Below are positions 18,744 to 28,857 of a stretch of DNA of 64,000 nucleotides, one piece after another. The stretch is from positions 4,416,001 through 4,480,000 of the forward strand of contig OY829846.1 in the NCBI GenBank assembly GCA_963691875.1. The letters are read 5' to 3'. The stretch comes from Aureliella sp. (GTDB taxonomy: Bacteria > Planctomycetota > Planctomycetia > Pirellulales > Pirellulaceae). Both the position numbers and the translations under genes were made by a program. The notes beneath the pieces were generated by a model. The model was not told the origin of the DNA, made no database searches, and was given only the letters and a program-made list of their open reading frames with translations. Numbering within the stretch: position 1 is the stretch's first letter; each line of letters opens with the position of its first letter.

Positions 18744-20159
18744 GTGAATGAAGACCGACGAGAGTTTCTTCGGCGTTCTGTTGTCTCAAGTGCGTTAGGA
18801 CTTGCTGCTACATCGATTGGCAAAGCATCGATGGCAGCCGCCGTTTCAAAAGTCGAAGACGATCTGCAGCCGACTGTCCAACTTCCACGCGGACGCGTGC
18901 CACTGTCTTTTATTATTGATGACTCGACTTGTCTGGTGAACATGGGCAAGTTTTGCATGCCGCAGTTCGCCGCAACCTATCCTGAACGCAAGGATTATCA
19001 AAAGCCATGGCAGCAGTGGCCAGATGAGATTCCCGATGCTTTTGTTCGCGAGTTTGGCGAGTGGTGCACAGAGCATGGAGTCAAAGGCAAGTACAGCATT
19101 GTGCCTTATCCCGCATGCGTTGGCTGGCTGGATCGCACTTTGCCTGGCTGGTCCCAAGCTCAATTGCGCCAGAGTCTGAAAGTTGTCCGTGACCTCATGT
19201 TGCCAAATTGGGACATTCATCCGGAGATGATCACACATACGCGTGTGATCGATCTGAAGACCGGGCGTCCTTTCGCCGACTACTCGCCAGCTCACATGGA
19301 GAATTCCTACCCTCAGCAAGACGTAAGCGTCGATTATTTGGCCAGCTACCTTGCATACGCGTTGCAGATTCTAAAGAACTGTGATTTGCCATGCGAAGGC
19401 GTCACCACGCCAGGAGGATTCGGCAATCGGGTCAAAGACAAATTGCCAGAGGCGGTTAAGCAGTCGGTTAGCGATGTTTATGGCTGCGAGTTACCGCACT
19501 ACTTCAAGTACGTGGTAGGCCAGGATGAAGACCCCACGCCGCGGATGGAAGCTTTTCGAAGCGTGGATGGTCAGAAGCCTGAGTTCGTCATGAATGTGCC
19601 AGCCGGTACAGGCGACTGGTTTGGCGGTTGGGATGGAGTCTTGGAGCCATCGACCGATAAGTACTGCAATGCCGATGCAACAGAAGGCGCGATGGTAAAG
19701 TGGATCGAGCGTGGCCAGCCGGCGGTCATGCTTTGTCACTGGCCAGGAATGTACTGCAATGGTAGGAAGACTGGTTTTCGGGCTTTTCAGTCAGTAGTGC
19801 AATCGATCGCTAAAAGATTTGGCTCGGTCACGCAATGGATGAAGGTCAGCGAGATTGCACGTTACTGGGCCGCCAAGGAACTTACCAAGCTCGGCCTGGA
19901 GGGCGAGAAACTTGTGCTGATCGCTCCGTACGCTTGTCCGGATTTTACGTTCAAGCTGCCGGGCAGTTTCACCAATGCGATTCTGAAGCCAAGTGAATCC
20001 GAAGCTGGAGTGCGGCGAAAAAACTTGCGGGTTGTGCGGAGTCTAGCTGCACTGGGGCGAAATTCGCTCTTCGTTGATAATTCTCGTGGATCGGACGAGG
20101 CACATAGCTGGATCTGCATCGATTTGGATGAAGGCAGGTCGGAGATCCAATTCAGGTAG
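18744..20159 (+). CDS. Tat-exported protein of unknown function (possible NodB/GH57-like barrel)
   Basis: GAGGAG RBS; twin-arginine signal DRREFLRRS; motifs IIDDS, HPEMITH, TTPGGFG, CHWPG. Confidence 0.65.
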   Translation: MNEDRREFLRRSVVSSALGLAATSIGKASMAAAVSKVEDDLQPTVQLPRGRVPLSFIIDDSTCLVNMGKFCMPQFAATYPERKDYQKPWQQWPDEIPDAFVREFGEWCTEHGVKGKYSIVPYPACVGWLDRTLPGWSQAQLRQSLKVVRDLMLPNWDIHPEMITHTRVIDLKTGRPFADYSPAHMENSYPQQDVSVDYLASYLAYALQILKNCDLPCEGVTTPGGFGNRVKDKLPEAVKQSVSDVYGCELPHYFKYVVGQDEDPTPRMEAFRSVDGQKPEFVMNVPAGTGDWFGGWDGVLEPSTDKYCNADATEGAMVKWIERGQPAVMLCHWPGMYCNGRKTGFRAFQSVVQSIAKRFGSVTQWMKVSEIARYWAAKELTKLGLEGEKLVLIAPYACPDFTFKLPGSFTNAILKPSESEAGVRRKNLRVVRSLAALGRNSLFVDNSRGSDEAHSWICIDLDEGRSEIQFR

Positions 20160-20461
20160 GGCGTTGGTGAAGCTCGGTCAACTGCGTCAATTTGTGCTCT
20201 TTCCGCATCAAAGCGAAGCCTTTGAATTGGCTCCAATCCACTTATAATGGTGACCCTTGATCCAGTTGGCCAACCAGTTGCTGGACTTACGCACGCCACC
20301 TTTCGTTGATGCCCGAACCCACCTTTTGGTTGGCCTCTCAAGCCTAGATGAGCTTGAAACAACGCAAGGCACGTGAAGAATGGTGGTCAAATTCGGTTTG
20401 CAGAGGGCGGTGAATCGTTGCAAACCTTCGAGAAACTGAGTCAGGTTTCGCCCCATCTCGA

Positions 20462-20478
20462 CTGACATTCTATGTCAG
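20462..20478. promoter_or_regulatory. palindromic candidate operator upstream of the ccoNO-like gene
   Basis: CTGACA-TTCTA-TGTCAG perfect inverted repeat about 35 bp before the ORF start. Confidence 0.45.
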
Positions 20479-20512
20479 GTGGTGACGGCATCTGACTAAG
20501 CATACAACGATT

Positions 20513-22768
20513 TTGGGGATGACTTTGGACTCAGAGCAATCGACATCGGTTGAGAACGACGAGATCTATCGCTACGACGATGGCATCGTGCGTTGTTTTA
20601 TTTGGGCGGCGACTTTCTGGGGCTTGCTCGCCAGTCTGGCGATTGCAGCGAGTGGATATATTTTGCTACATCCTAACCTGGTGGTTCCCGAATATACCTT
20701 TGCCAAGCTTTCAGTCTTTCCGCTCACTCTGGCTGTCTATGGTTTCGCGGCCAATGCGTTGATGGCAGGCGTCTATTTCAGTGCCCAGCGACTTTGTCAT
20801 TCAGAGATGTGGAGCAAAGGTCTGAGCTATGTGCATTTCTTGGGCTGGCAGTTTGTTAATGTGTGGGCCTTGGTGACTCTCGCGTACGGTCATACTGATT
20901 CGCGCCCGGGGCAACCTTTTGTACTGGCGGTCAACCTGGGCATCGTTGCTATTCTCGCTTGTTTTACCTTGAATCTCTTGATGACGGTCAGCAAGCGTCG
21001 CCAGCGACACATGTACATCTCACTCTGGTTCTATTTGAGCAGCGCGATTGTCGTACCAATCCTTCAGCTGGTTTCGAATCTAGCGATTCCAGTTCAAGGG
21101 TACGAGAGCATCAGTCTGTTTTCGGGCATGGCTGATGGTTTTGTTCAGAGTTGGGGGCGGCATGGCATAGAGTTTTACATGGTGCTCATGCCGGCCATGG
21201 GGCTGATGTACTACTTCGTTCCTAAAGCAAGTGGGCAAGCCGTTGTGCACTATCGCATGGCGATCCTACAATTCTGGTCGATGTCTCTGCTCGGCGTTTT
21301 CGCCGCAACACGTTGGTTGCATTACACGGCCATTCCCGAATGGATTACATCTCTCGGCATGTTGGCCGGCTTGGTTATGTTCCTGCCGATGTGGGTTGGG
21401 GTTTCAGCTGGCTGGGCGATGCTTCGCGGTCCGAATAAGGAGTTGACAAGGAGTCCAATCTTGCAATTCTTTCTCCTCGGTATTGTCTTCTATGCGGTGC
21501 TGTGTCTAGATACCGGAGTGAGTTCGATTAAGTCCTTGAGTGGCTGGTCGGTCTTCACTGATTGGGATCTTGCGCATAGTTATTGCATGGTTTTTGGTGT
21601 TGCAGGCATGTTTAGTTTGGGAGCTGTTTTTTGGATGGTGCCTCAGCTATTCCATCGGCCGCTGTTTAATCGGAATTTGCTCCGATTACAAGTGGTTGTT
21701 GCGGCGGTTGGTGTTGTTCTGCTAGTCGCACCGACTTATTTTGCCGGATACCTACAAGGCTCGATGGGGCGCAGCACGGATTCTTCAGGCACCCTGAACT
21801 ATCCTGAATTCATCGACATCGTTGTTGCCGTGAAGCCTTTCTGGTGGGCGACAATGATCGGCGCGGTGGTTGTCGCTCTGAGCATGGTCTTGCTGGCGGT
21901 GAATTACAGCGCTTCATGGGCGATGCGGGATCGCAGGTACAGCGTCCGTACAACCTTGGCACCGAAGCTGACTTCCAACTTTGAAGCCGATGAGGCGCCA
22001 CATAGTGATTTAGAAGGCAAGCCGGTCCTTGGTTTTGGAATAAAACTTGACAGATGGAAGTCGTTAGCTTTCCACCGGGGCTGGGAGCGATCGCCCCAGA
22101 CTTTCGCCTGGTTGATCACAGCCAGCACTTTGTTTGCTTGCGTGTTGCTCGTTCTGCCAACATGGGCCGTAGGTCAATGGTCGAGTGAAGACGCGGTAGC
22201 TGATCCGTACACTCCGCTAGAGCTGGTTGGCCGAGCGATTTACGTTCGAGAAGGGTGTGCTAGCTGTCACACTCAGACGGTGCGACCACTGCTGGGAGAA
22301 GTCGACCGGTACGGCGGTGAGTATACAAATGCATCGCAGTTTCAATATGATCGACCGACTCAGTGGTCTACGCGCAGAATTGGTCCGGATCTAGGGCGTG
22401 AAGGCGGAAGGCAAAATGCCTTTTGGCACCTGCAGCATATGCAGGATCCACAAGCCCTTAATGAAGCGTCAGTTATGCCGAAGTTCGATCATTTGGTCGA
22501 AGCAGAGTTTTCGGTAGGCTGGGTTCGTGAGCTACTTCGGCACGAAGCGGAGCTAGGAGTCAGTTACAGTGAGGAGCTTTTGGCCGACGATACCTTGAGT
22601 GAGGAAGATCGGCTCTATGGCGAGGTCACGGAGCTAGAGGCTGCCTTGCAGAAGCAGGCAGAGGAGATCGCGATGGACATGGTGGTCTCCGGCGGACCTG
22701 CTGGAATTCTGGATAAAGAGGTTGTCGCCTTGATCGCCTACCTCCAGCGTTTGGGTGTGGCGAACTAA
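20513..22768 (+). CDS. fused cbb3-type oxidase subunit I/II homolog (CcoNO) with a degenerate catalytic site
   Basis: CcoN-like TM region (YDDGIVR, QRLC, GLMYYFVPK, TDW) plus CcoO (GRAIYVREGCASCHTQTVRP, RRIGPDL, SVMP); most His ligands are missing. Confidence 0.85.
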   Translation: MGMTLDSEQSTSVENDEIYRYDDGIVRCFIWAATFWGLLASLAIAASGYILLHPNLVVPEYTFAKLSVFPLTLAVYGFAANALMAGVYFSAQRLCHSEMWSKGLSYVHFLGWQFVNVWALVTLAYGHTDSRPGQPFVLAVNLGIVAILACFTLNLLMTVSKRRQRHMYISLWFYLSSAIVVPILQLVSNLAIPVQGYESISLFSGMADGFVQSWGRHGIEFYMVLMPAMGLMYYFVPKASGQAVVHYRMAILQFWSMSLLGVFAATRWLHYTAIPEWITSLGMLAGLVMFLPMWVGVSAGWAMLRGPNKELTRSPILQFFLLGIVFYAVLCLDTGVSSIKSLSGWSVFTDWDLAHSYCMVFGVAGMFSLGAVFWMVPQLFHRPLFNRNLLRLQVVVAAVGVVLLVAPTYFAGYLQGSMGRSTDSSGTLNYPEFIDIVVAVKPFWWATMIGAVVVALSMVLLAVNYSASWAMRDRRYSVRTTLAPKLTSNFEADEAPHSDLEGKPVLGFGIKLDRWKSLAFHRGWERSPQTFAWLITASTLFACVLLVLPTWAVGQWSSEDAVADPYTPLELVGRAIYVREGCASCHTQTVRPLLGEVDRYGGEYTNASQFQYDRPTQWSTRRIGPDLGREGGRQNAFWHLQHMQDPQALNEASVMPKFDHLVEAEFSVGWVRELLRHEAELGVSYSEELLADDTLSEEDRLYGEVTELEAALQKQAEEIAMDMVVSGGPAGILDKEVVALIAYLQRLGVAN

Positions 22769-22836
22769 TTAAAGCGTAGCGTCCTTTTCCGGGGCGCGTT
22801 TTTGGAACTGTTTGATCCAAAACGAGTTAGAAGAAA

Positions 22837-23463
22837 ATGGCTGAAAAGCAAGATTATATTTCTGATGGCATTGAAGAGTTGGAAGCTCCCATTCCAGGGT
22901 GGTGGAAGAATACTTGGCTGCTCCTCATTGCCGCTTGTCCGGTGTACATGATGTTCTATCACATTGGTCCAGATCGCGGGATGGAAGCGGAGTATGATGC
23001 GGCGGCAACACGAATTAGCCTCGCCAAATACGCGGAGATTGGCGATTTAGAAGCCAACGAAGCGGCGATTCTGACTTACATGAACAAGCCAAACTGGGTG
23101 AAGCTTGGCAAGAGTATCTTCAAGTCAAAGTGTGCCAACTGCCATGGTCGCAATGCTGAAGGTAATGTCGGCCCAAATCTTACGGATGAAAAATACAAGA
23201 ACATTAAAGTGGCTACTGATATCGCGAAGGTGATCCTCAAAGGTGCCAATAATAACGCGATGCCTGCTTGGGAAGATAAACTTCAGACTAATGATGTCGT
23301 TATGGTTTCTGCATACGTTGCCAGCTTGCGAGGGACCAATGCAAGTGGCGGAAAGGCAGCAGAGGGCTTCGACATTGAGCCTTGGCCAGCTCCACCAGCA
23401 GAGCTTCCGAATGCCGAAGCAGGGGAAACGAGTTCTTCGGCAAGTGAGGGGACTAGCGAATGA
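22837..23463 (+). CDS. ccoP: cbb3-type cytochrome c oxidase subunit III-like monohaem cytochrome c
   Basis: DGIEELEAPIPGWW N-terminus, CANCH, VGPNLTD, AMPAW. Confidence 0.85.
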   Translation: MAEKQDYISDGIEELEAPIPGWWKNTWLLLIAACPVYMMFYHIGPDRGMEAEYDAAATRISLAKYAEIGDLEANEAAILTYMNKPNWVKLGKSIFKSKCANCHGRNAEGNVGPNLTDEKYKNIKVATDIAKVILKGANNNAMPAWEDKLQTNDVVMVSAYVASLRGTNASGGKAAEGFDIEPWPAPPAELPNAEAGETSSSASEGTSE

Positions 23464-24758
23464 TTGTTCATAATTTGTCACGCTGCTGTTTGTTGCTTGT
23501 AGTTTCGGTTGGCAGCTTTTCCGGCTGTCGCGAGGCCTCCGAACCTGTCGTCGCGAAGTTCGAACCGAATTTGGTGATGGCGTATCGATATCAAGTCGAC
23601 GGTGAGTACTCGGCGAAGTGGACGGATGCCGCGCTCACTCAAGCGGATAATGCGTTGGGCGATCTTTTCGGAACTCCCGATGAGCCCAAGTTGCCAGCGC
23701 TAGTGCAGAATGATTTCGGCGATCTTTTGAGCTTGAAAAATCTGCGGAAGGCAGCTGGGCCCAAGGGCTTGTACCGTGAACACTGTGCAAAGTGTCACGG
23801 GATTACGGGCGACGGGCGCGGAGAGTTGGCTGCCTTGCTGAATCCTTATCCGCGAGACTATCGGCTGGGGCGTTTTAAGTTCAAAAGCACGCCGATCGGT
23901 GCGAAGCCGACTCGTAAGGACTTAGCAACACTGATTCGTAATGGCATCGGTGGAACACAAATGGTTGCACTGCCTAAGTTGTCAGATGCGGATATCGAAG
24001 CGCTTGTCGACTATGTGATTTTCTTGACCATTCGTGGAGAAGTCGAGCGAAAGCTGCTGCGAGAATGCAGTGAATTGGACCTCGTGGCCACAGAAGATGC
24101 GGATGTGCTCTACGATCCATCGATGAAGGAAAGTGAAGATGAAGATACTCGCGAATACTTCGAAGAGCAGGTGGAGTTATTAGAAGATTTCGTGTTGGAC
24201 GTCGTAGAGCCTTGGTCTGAAGCGGAAGATTCAGCTGTAGAAGTTCCCGTCCGTGACGAATCGGTCGTTCCAGAATCCCTAATCGCCCTGCACGAAATCC
24301 TCAAAGCTGACGCCGACTCGCCGATCAAGCAATCGGTGGTTCGAGGCAGAGAATTGTTCCTTGGTGAAAAAGCGGCTTGTGCAAAGTGTCATGGCAAGGA
24401 AGGGAAGGGCGATGGTCAAACCAACGACTACGATGAGTGGACAAAGGATTGGACGAAACGAGCCGGAATTGACCCTGCGGTCGAAGCTGAACACGTGCCG
24501 TTTATTGCTCGAGGTGCTTTTCCAGTGCGTAAAGTCTCGCCACGCAATTTCCACGAAGGCGTTTTTCGTGGCGGAGGAACTCCTGAAAAAATTTATCAAC
24601 GTATCGCGCTCGGGATCGAAGGCACGCCCATGCCCGCGGCTGCAGTTACGCCAGAGCAGATTTGGGACATCGTCAATTATGTGCGATCGATGCAAGAGCC
24701 TGAGTCAGATCCAACAGCAAGTGCGATGGCCGATAAGAGCGAATCCGCTGGGAACTAA
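23460..24758 (+). CDS. dihaem cytochrome c lipoprotein
   Basis: Lipobox-like FSGC; two CAKCH motifs; PYPRDY; GTPMP. Confidence 0.85.
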   Translation: MIVHNLSRCCLLLVVSVGSFSGCREASEPVVAKFEPNLVMAYRYQVDGEYSAKWTDAALTQADNALGDLFGTPDEPKLPALVQNDFGDLLSLKNLRKAAGPKGLYREHCAKCHGITGDGRGELAALLNPYPRDYRLGRFKFKSTPIGAKPTRKDLATLIRNGIGGTQMVALPKLSDADIEALVDYVIFLTIRGEVERKLLRECSELDLVATEDADVLYDPSMKESEDEDTREYFEEQVELLEDFVLDVVEPWSEAEDSAVEVPVRDESVVPESLIALHEILKADADSPIKQSVVRGRELFLGEKAACAKCHGKEGKGDGQTNDYDEWTKDWTKRAGIDPAVEAEHVPFIARGAFPVRKVSPRNFHEGVFRGGGTPEKIYQRIALGIEGTPMPAAAVTPEQIWDIVNYVRSMQEPESDPTASAMADKSESAGN

Positions 24759-24772
24759 CCAGGAGTGAGTCC

Positions 24773-25282
24773 TTGATCATTCGCAAGATCAAGCCGGAGG
24801 ACAACGCAGCTGTCGCGGGGATTATTCGCACGGTGATGACAGAAATCGGTGCGGTTGGCCGTGGGTACTCGATCGAAGATCCGGAAGTTGACGCGATGTT
24901 CGAGGCCTACGATCAGCCAAGATCGGTCTTCTATGTTCTCGAGGATCAGAACGAGTTGGTGGGTTGTGGCGGACTCGCTCAGTTAGTCGGAGCGGAGTCG
25001 ACTCAGTGTGAGCTGCAGAAGATGTACTTCTTGCCGGCGGCACGCGGTCAGGGGCTCGGCAAGATTCTGGGGGAGATGCTGATCGTAGATGCGCGGCGAT
25101 TTGAGTATTGTTCAATCTACATTGAGACGCTCGAAACTCTCACGGTGTCTAACCGACTCTACCAGAAGCTCGGATTCGAGCTTCTGGAGGCTCCTGAGGG
25201 AAACACAGGGCATTGTGGATGCGATACCTTCTATCGTTTGAGTATCGAGCCGCTGCAAATTGATCCGAGTCTGTTAGCCTAG
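24773..25282 (+). CDS. GNAT N-acetyltransferase (YjgM-like)
   Basis: ELQKMYFLPAARGQGLGK, LYQKLGF, TGHCGCD. Confidence 0.85.
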   Translation: MIIRKIKPEDNAAVAGIIRTVMTEIGAVGRGYSIEDPEVDAMFEAYDQPRSVFYVLEDQNELVGCGGLAQLVGAESTQCELQKMYFLPAARGQGLGKILGEMLIVDARRFEYCSIYIETLETLTVSNRLYQKLGFELLEAPEGNTGHCGCDTFYRLSIEPLQIDPSLLA

Positions 25283-25514
25283 CTGTGCGTGGTCTGCGCC
25301 GGGAAAGCTTCTATGCGACCGTTTGTCGCCATGATTGGCTTGGCAAAAGCGGCATTTCGTGTTGCAGGAAGCTCTCTGGGCTGATTCACTAGATCCCGGC
25401 GGGTTAAGCTTCCGTGCGTCTTATGACCGCAGGCCCTGGGTGTGAATCGACCTCAGCGGAACGCGGTTACCCCTACCGAGGAATTCACAGGTTCAAGATC
25501 TACTTCAAAGTCGC

Positions 25515-26831
25515 ATGAGTTTCCTTTCCGCCTCAAGAACCGATTCTTTATCAACCGTATGGTTAGCGATCGTATTGCTGGGCATTGGTATAGTCGGCTG
25601 TGATTCAGTTGGTGATCGCTTTGAGAGCAATCGCATTTTTGCGAAACGCTGGGAGCTTACTGAATCGATTGACTTAAGTGAACCGCTTGCCGATTCTGAG
25701 GTCGTGTTGACGGAGTTCTTCGGAACGCCGGATGAGCCTAAATGGCCCAAGTTCTTGAAGGCAGGAAAGCGCGAGCTAGTTTCTCTTCAGAACCTAGAGC
25801 GCGTGGCCGGGGCTTTCAGCAGCGGTGAAAAAGGCGAGCATAAGGGGCTTTTTCGTGAGCACTGTGTTGTTTGCCACGGTGTGAACGGCAATGGCCGAGG
25901 TCCCTCATCCGCGTTGCTCACTCCCTATCCTAGAGATTTTCGGCTCGGCAAGGTCAAGTTCAAGTCGACTCCAATTGGACATAAGCCAACGAAGGAGGAT
26001 TTGAAAAAGATTCTGCATCGCGGCATCGCAGGCACTAGTATGCCGTCGTTTAGCACTTTGGCCCCCGAGGACATCGACGCGTTAGTTGATTACGTAATCT
26101 ATTTATCAATCCGTGGAGAACTAGAACGTAAGCTTATCCGCGATGCTGCGATTGAGTTGGATCTTGAAGGTGGAGAGCGCTTGTATGATCCGGGCTCGGA
26201 AGAAAAGTATCCTGAAGAATTTGCGGAAGTTCGAGATCGGATCGAAGAGTGGGCGGTTGGTATCCAGGAGTCATGGTTCGAGGCAGAAAATGCGGTCGTC
26301 AATGTGGTCGGACCGCCTAAAGGTTTTCCTCTGGTGGGCTTTGGCGTTGATGCGAAGGCCGCCGCCGCGTCGGTCGCCAACGGCAAAAAACTGTTTCAAG
26401 GAACTATTGCCAGTTGTGCTTTCTGCCATGGCGCTGAAGCCAAGGGTGATGGCCAGACTCACAACTATGACGATTGGACTAGGGAATGGACAGTGATGGC
26501 TGGCCTGAACCCGAAGGACAAACAGAGTCTTGAACCGATGTTCGAGTTGGGGGCACTCAAGCCGACGAACATTTTTCCTCGTAATCTCACTATGGGCGTT
26601 TTTCATGGTGGTTCGTCGCCAGAAGAACTTTACACTCGAATCGTAAACGGGATCGAAGGTACTGGCATGCCAGCAGCGCCGCTCAAGCCTGCTAACTCTC
26701 AGGGGCTGACGAACGAGGAAGTCTGGGATTTGGTCAACTACTTGCGGAGTTTTCTGCCGGTTGAGGACCAGTCTTTGGAATCGCAGGAAACCAACTCTGA
26801 TTCTTTTTCAGAGGAGGATGCGAGCAAATGA
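25515..26831 (+). CDS. dihaem cytochrome c lipoprotein, paralog of 23460-24758
   Basis: IVGC lipobox; CVVCH and CAFCH; shares FGTPDEPK, KFKSTPIG and DALVDYVI with the paralog. Confidence 0.85.
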   Translation: MSFLSASRTDSLSTVWLAIVLLGIGIVGCDSVGDRFESNRIFAKRWELTESIDLSEPLADSEVVLTEFFGTPDEPKWPKFLKAGKRELVSLQNLERVAGAFSSGEKGEHKGLFREHCVVCHGVNGNGRGPSSALLTPYPRDFRLGKVKFKSTPIGHKPTKEDLKKILHRGIAGTSMPSFSTLAPEDIDALVDYVIYLSIRGELERKLIRDAAIELDLEGGERLYDPGSEEKYPEEFAEVRDRIEEWAVGIQESWFEAENAVVNVVGPPKGFPLVGFGVDAKAAAASVANGKKLFQGTIASCAFCHGAEAKGDGQTHNYDDWTREWTVMAGLNPKDKQSLEPMFELGALKPTNIFPRNLTMGVFHGGSSPEELYTRIVNGIEGTGMPAAPLKPANSQGLTNEEVWDLVNYLRSFLPVEDQSLESQETNSDSFSEEDASK

Positions 26832-27856
26832 GTGCTTCTGACGAACTAGCCTTTTCGCCAGCTTCTGGCAAAGCGGTTTACGCTAGTGGAGTGCATCGTC
26901 TTGCTGTTGCTCTGACCGTATCTGTTTTTCCGTTGATCTGGGTCGGAGGGCTGGTCACCACTTATGACGCTGGAATGGCGGTGCCGGATTGGCCTGGGAC
27001 TTATGGCGAGAATATGTTTGCCTACCAGGCATGGTTGTTTGGACCATTTGACTTGATGGTCGAACACGGCCACCGCCTGCTGGGGAGTTTATCAGGGCTG
27101 CTTTGCATTGGTTTGGTCGTTGCGGCTTATCTCCGGGATGAGCGTGTTTGGTTTCGCAAATGGTCAGTATTTGTACTCGCTGCGGTGATTGCTCAGGGTG
27201 TCCTGGGTGGCGTGCGAGTGTTATTAGACGAACGAACCGCGGCCATGATTCATGGCTGTACCGGTCCCTTGTTCTTCGCAATTGCGACGGCCACAGCGGT
27301 GATGAGCTCTAGGTGGTGGTTTGAGCGGAATGGTCAGCGTATTCCCGACCGCGGGGTCGGGCCTGGCGCTGTAGGACAATATGCCACAGGGCGCTTCATC
27401 GCTCTTACAGCCAGCGTTTTGACGGTGACAAGTTATTGCCAGCTCATTGTGGGGGCACAGCTTAGGCATACAACAGGAGCCGTATCACCCAACGAATTTA
27501 AGGGTTTTGTGCACCTCCATCTCGGTTTGGCAGCCTTAGTGTTTCTTGTCGCTCTTGTCCTCACTTTGTCTGTCGTAGCGGCAAGCGGGACTCCGAAGCA
27601 GGTTCGGCGTGTTTCACTTTTGCTAGCAATCGTGGTGTTATGCCAAATCGGGTTGGGGATTGGGACTTGGCTTGTAAACTATGCCTTACCGTGGGCCGAA
27701 CTTAATGCCACACTCGCCGCCTACACGATTGCCGCTAAGGGATACTGGGAGAGCATGGTTGTTACGGCACATCAGGCAACCGGCTCGTTAATCATCAGTC
27801 TGGCGACAGTTACATCTATGAAAGCTTGGCGGTCTAGGGCTTCTCTTGGACATTGA
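26828..27856 (+). CDS. ctaA: haem A synthase (COX15/CtaA)
   Basis: GGLVTTYDAGMAVPDWP, EHGHRL, QGVLGG..HG, GAQLRH, TAHQA. Confidence 0.88.
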   Translation: MSASDELAFSPASGKAVYASGVHRLAVALTVSVFPLIWVGGLVTTYDAGMAVPDWPGTYGENMFAYQAWLFGPFDLMVEHGHRLLGSLSGLLCIGLVVAAYLRDERVWFRKWSVFVLAAVIAQGVLGGVRVLLDERTAAMIHGCTGPLFFAIATATAVMSSRWWFERNGQRIPDRGVGPGAVGQYATGRFIALTASVLTVTSYCQLIVGAQLRHTTGAVSPNEFKGFVHLHLGLAALVFLVALVLTLSVVAASGTPKQVRRVSLLLAIVVLCQIGLGIGTWLVNYALPWAELNATLAAYTIAAKGYWESMVVTAHQATGSLIISLATVTSMKAWRSRASLGH

Positions 27857-28754
27857 AGTGGAAACAACAGCCAATAATCCGATCACGCTTTCGCAGCGTT
27901 TGTCCTACTATCTGGAGCTTACAAAGCCCCGGATTCTGATCATGATCTTGTTGACCGTGGTGATGGCCATGGTCGCCGTAGGGTCTAGTGTGAGCCTTGT
28001 CGTTGCACTTCACGCATGTTTGGGTACTGCGATGGTTGCGGCTAGCGCCAGTGTGTTGAATCAGTGGCTCGAGCGCGAGCGTGATGCGGTAATGGTTCGG
28101 ACCAGCAAGCGTCCGCTGCCGAGCGGCAGAGTGGCAGTCAGTCAGGCAGCATGGATGGGTTGGGCTCTTCTGATTGTCGGTTCTTTGTATCTAAGCCTGT
28201 TCGTCAATCATACGACCATGCTTTGTGGTCTAGCCACTTGGGTGCTCTATGTCTGGGTTTACACTCCTTTGAAAACTGTTAGCTGGACGAACACGCTCAT
28301 CGGAACGATTCCAGGAGCACTTCCAGTCTGGATGGGTTGGGCAGCAGCCGAGGGCTCACTGTGGGACTTGAAGGCATGGGTTCTTCTGGGAGTATTGGTA
28401 GCTTGGCAGCTTCCGCACTTCATGGCGATTGCGTCCATGTATGCAGAGCAGTACGAGTCGGCTGGCTACAAAATGATCACCATCGTCGATCGCAGTGGTT
28501 GGGGAGCAGGCTTGCACGCTCTTCTCGGGTCTATCGCATTAATAGCGCTGGCGCCATTGGCTGTTCCAGCAACTGGATGGCTGACCGGTGTGTTTACAGT
28601 ACTTGCTGTTGCGGTGGCTGTCTGGCAGTTGTGGGCTTCTATCCATTTTGTGCGAAACCAGAATCGGCAAACGGCAAGGCGAATGTTGCACGTCAGCTTG
28701 CTTCACCTTCCACTTACCATGCTGCTGGTTCTGATCGTTAGCTGGTTAGGCTAG
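27846..28754 (+). CDS. ctaB: protohaem IX farnesyltransferase (haem O synthase)
   Basis: ELTKPRI, NQWLERERDAVMVRTSKRPLPSGR, YTPLK, WQLPHF. Confidence 0.93.
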   Translation: MDIEVETTANNPITLSQRLSYYLELTKPRILIMILLTVVMAMVAVGSSVSLVVALHACLGTAMVAASASVLNQWLERERDAVMVRTSKRPLPSGRVAVSQAAWMGWALLIVGSLYLSLFVNHTTMLCGLATWVLYVWVYTPLKTVSWTNTLIGTIPGALPVWMGWAAAEGSLWDLKAWVLLGVLVAWQLPHFMAIASMYAEQYESAGYKMITIVDRSGWGAGLHALLGSIALIALAPLAVPATGWLTGVFTVLAVAVAVWQLWASIHFVRNQNRQTARRMLHVSLLHLPLTMLLVLIVSWLG

Positions 28755-28857
28755 TTGGTCTTGCTAGTGCTCCATTTGTGATCCGCAAATTGATCGCTGT
28801 CTCCAATGGGCTTGATCTGCTTCTTCAGTGCCAGCATTCTCGCCTTGGATTGACCCT

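Noticed and set aside
18594..18958. Apparent 365-bp head-to-head overlap of two long ORFs
   Set aside because: Artefact of longest-ORF start calls; better starts are 18700 (-) and 18744 (+)
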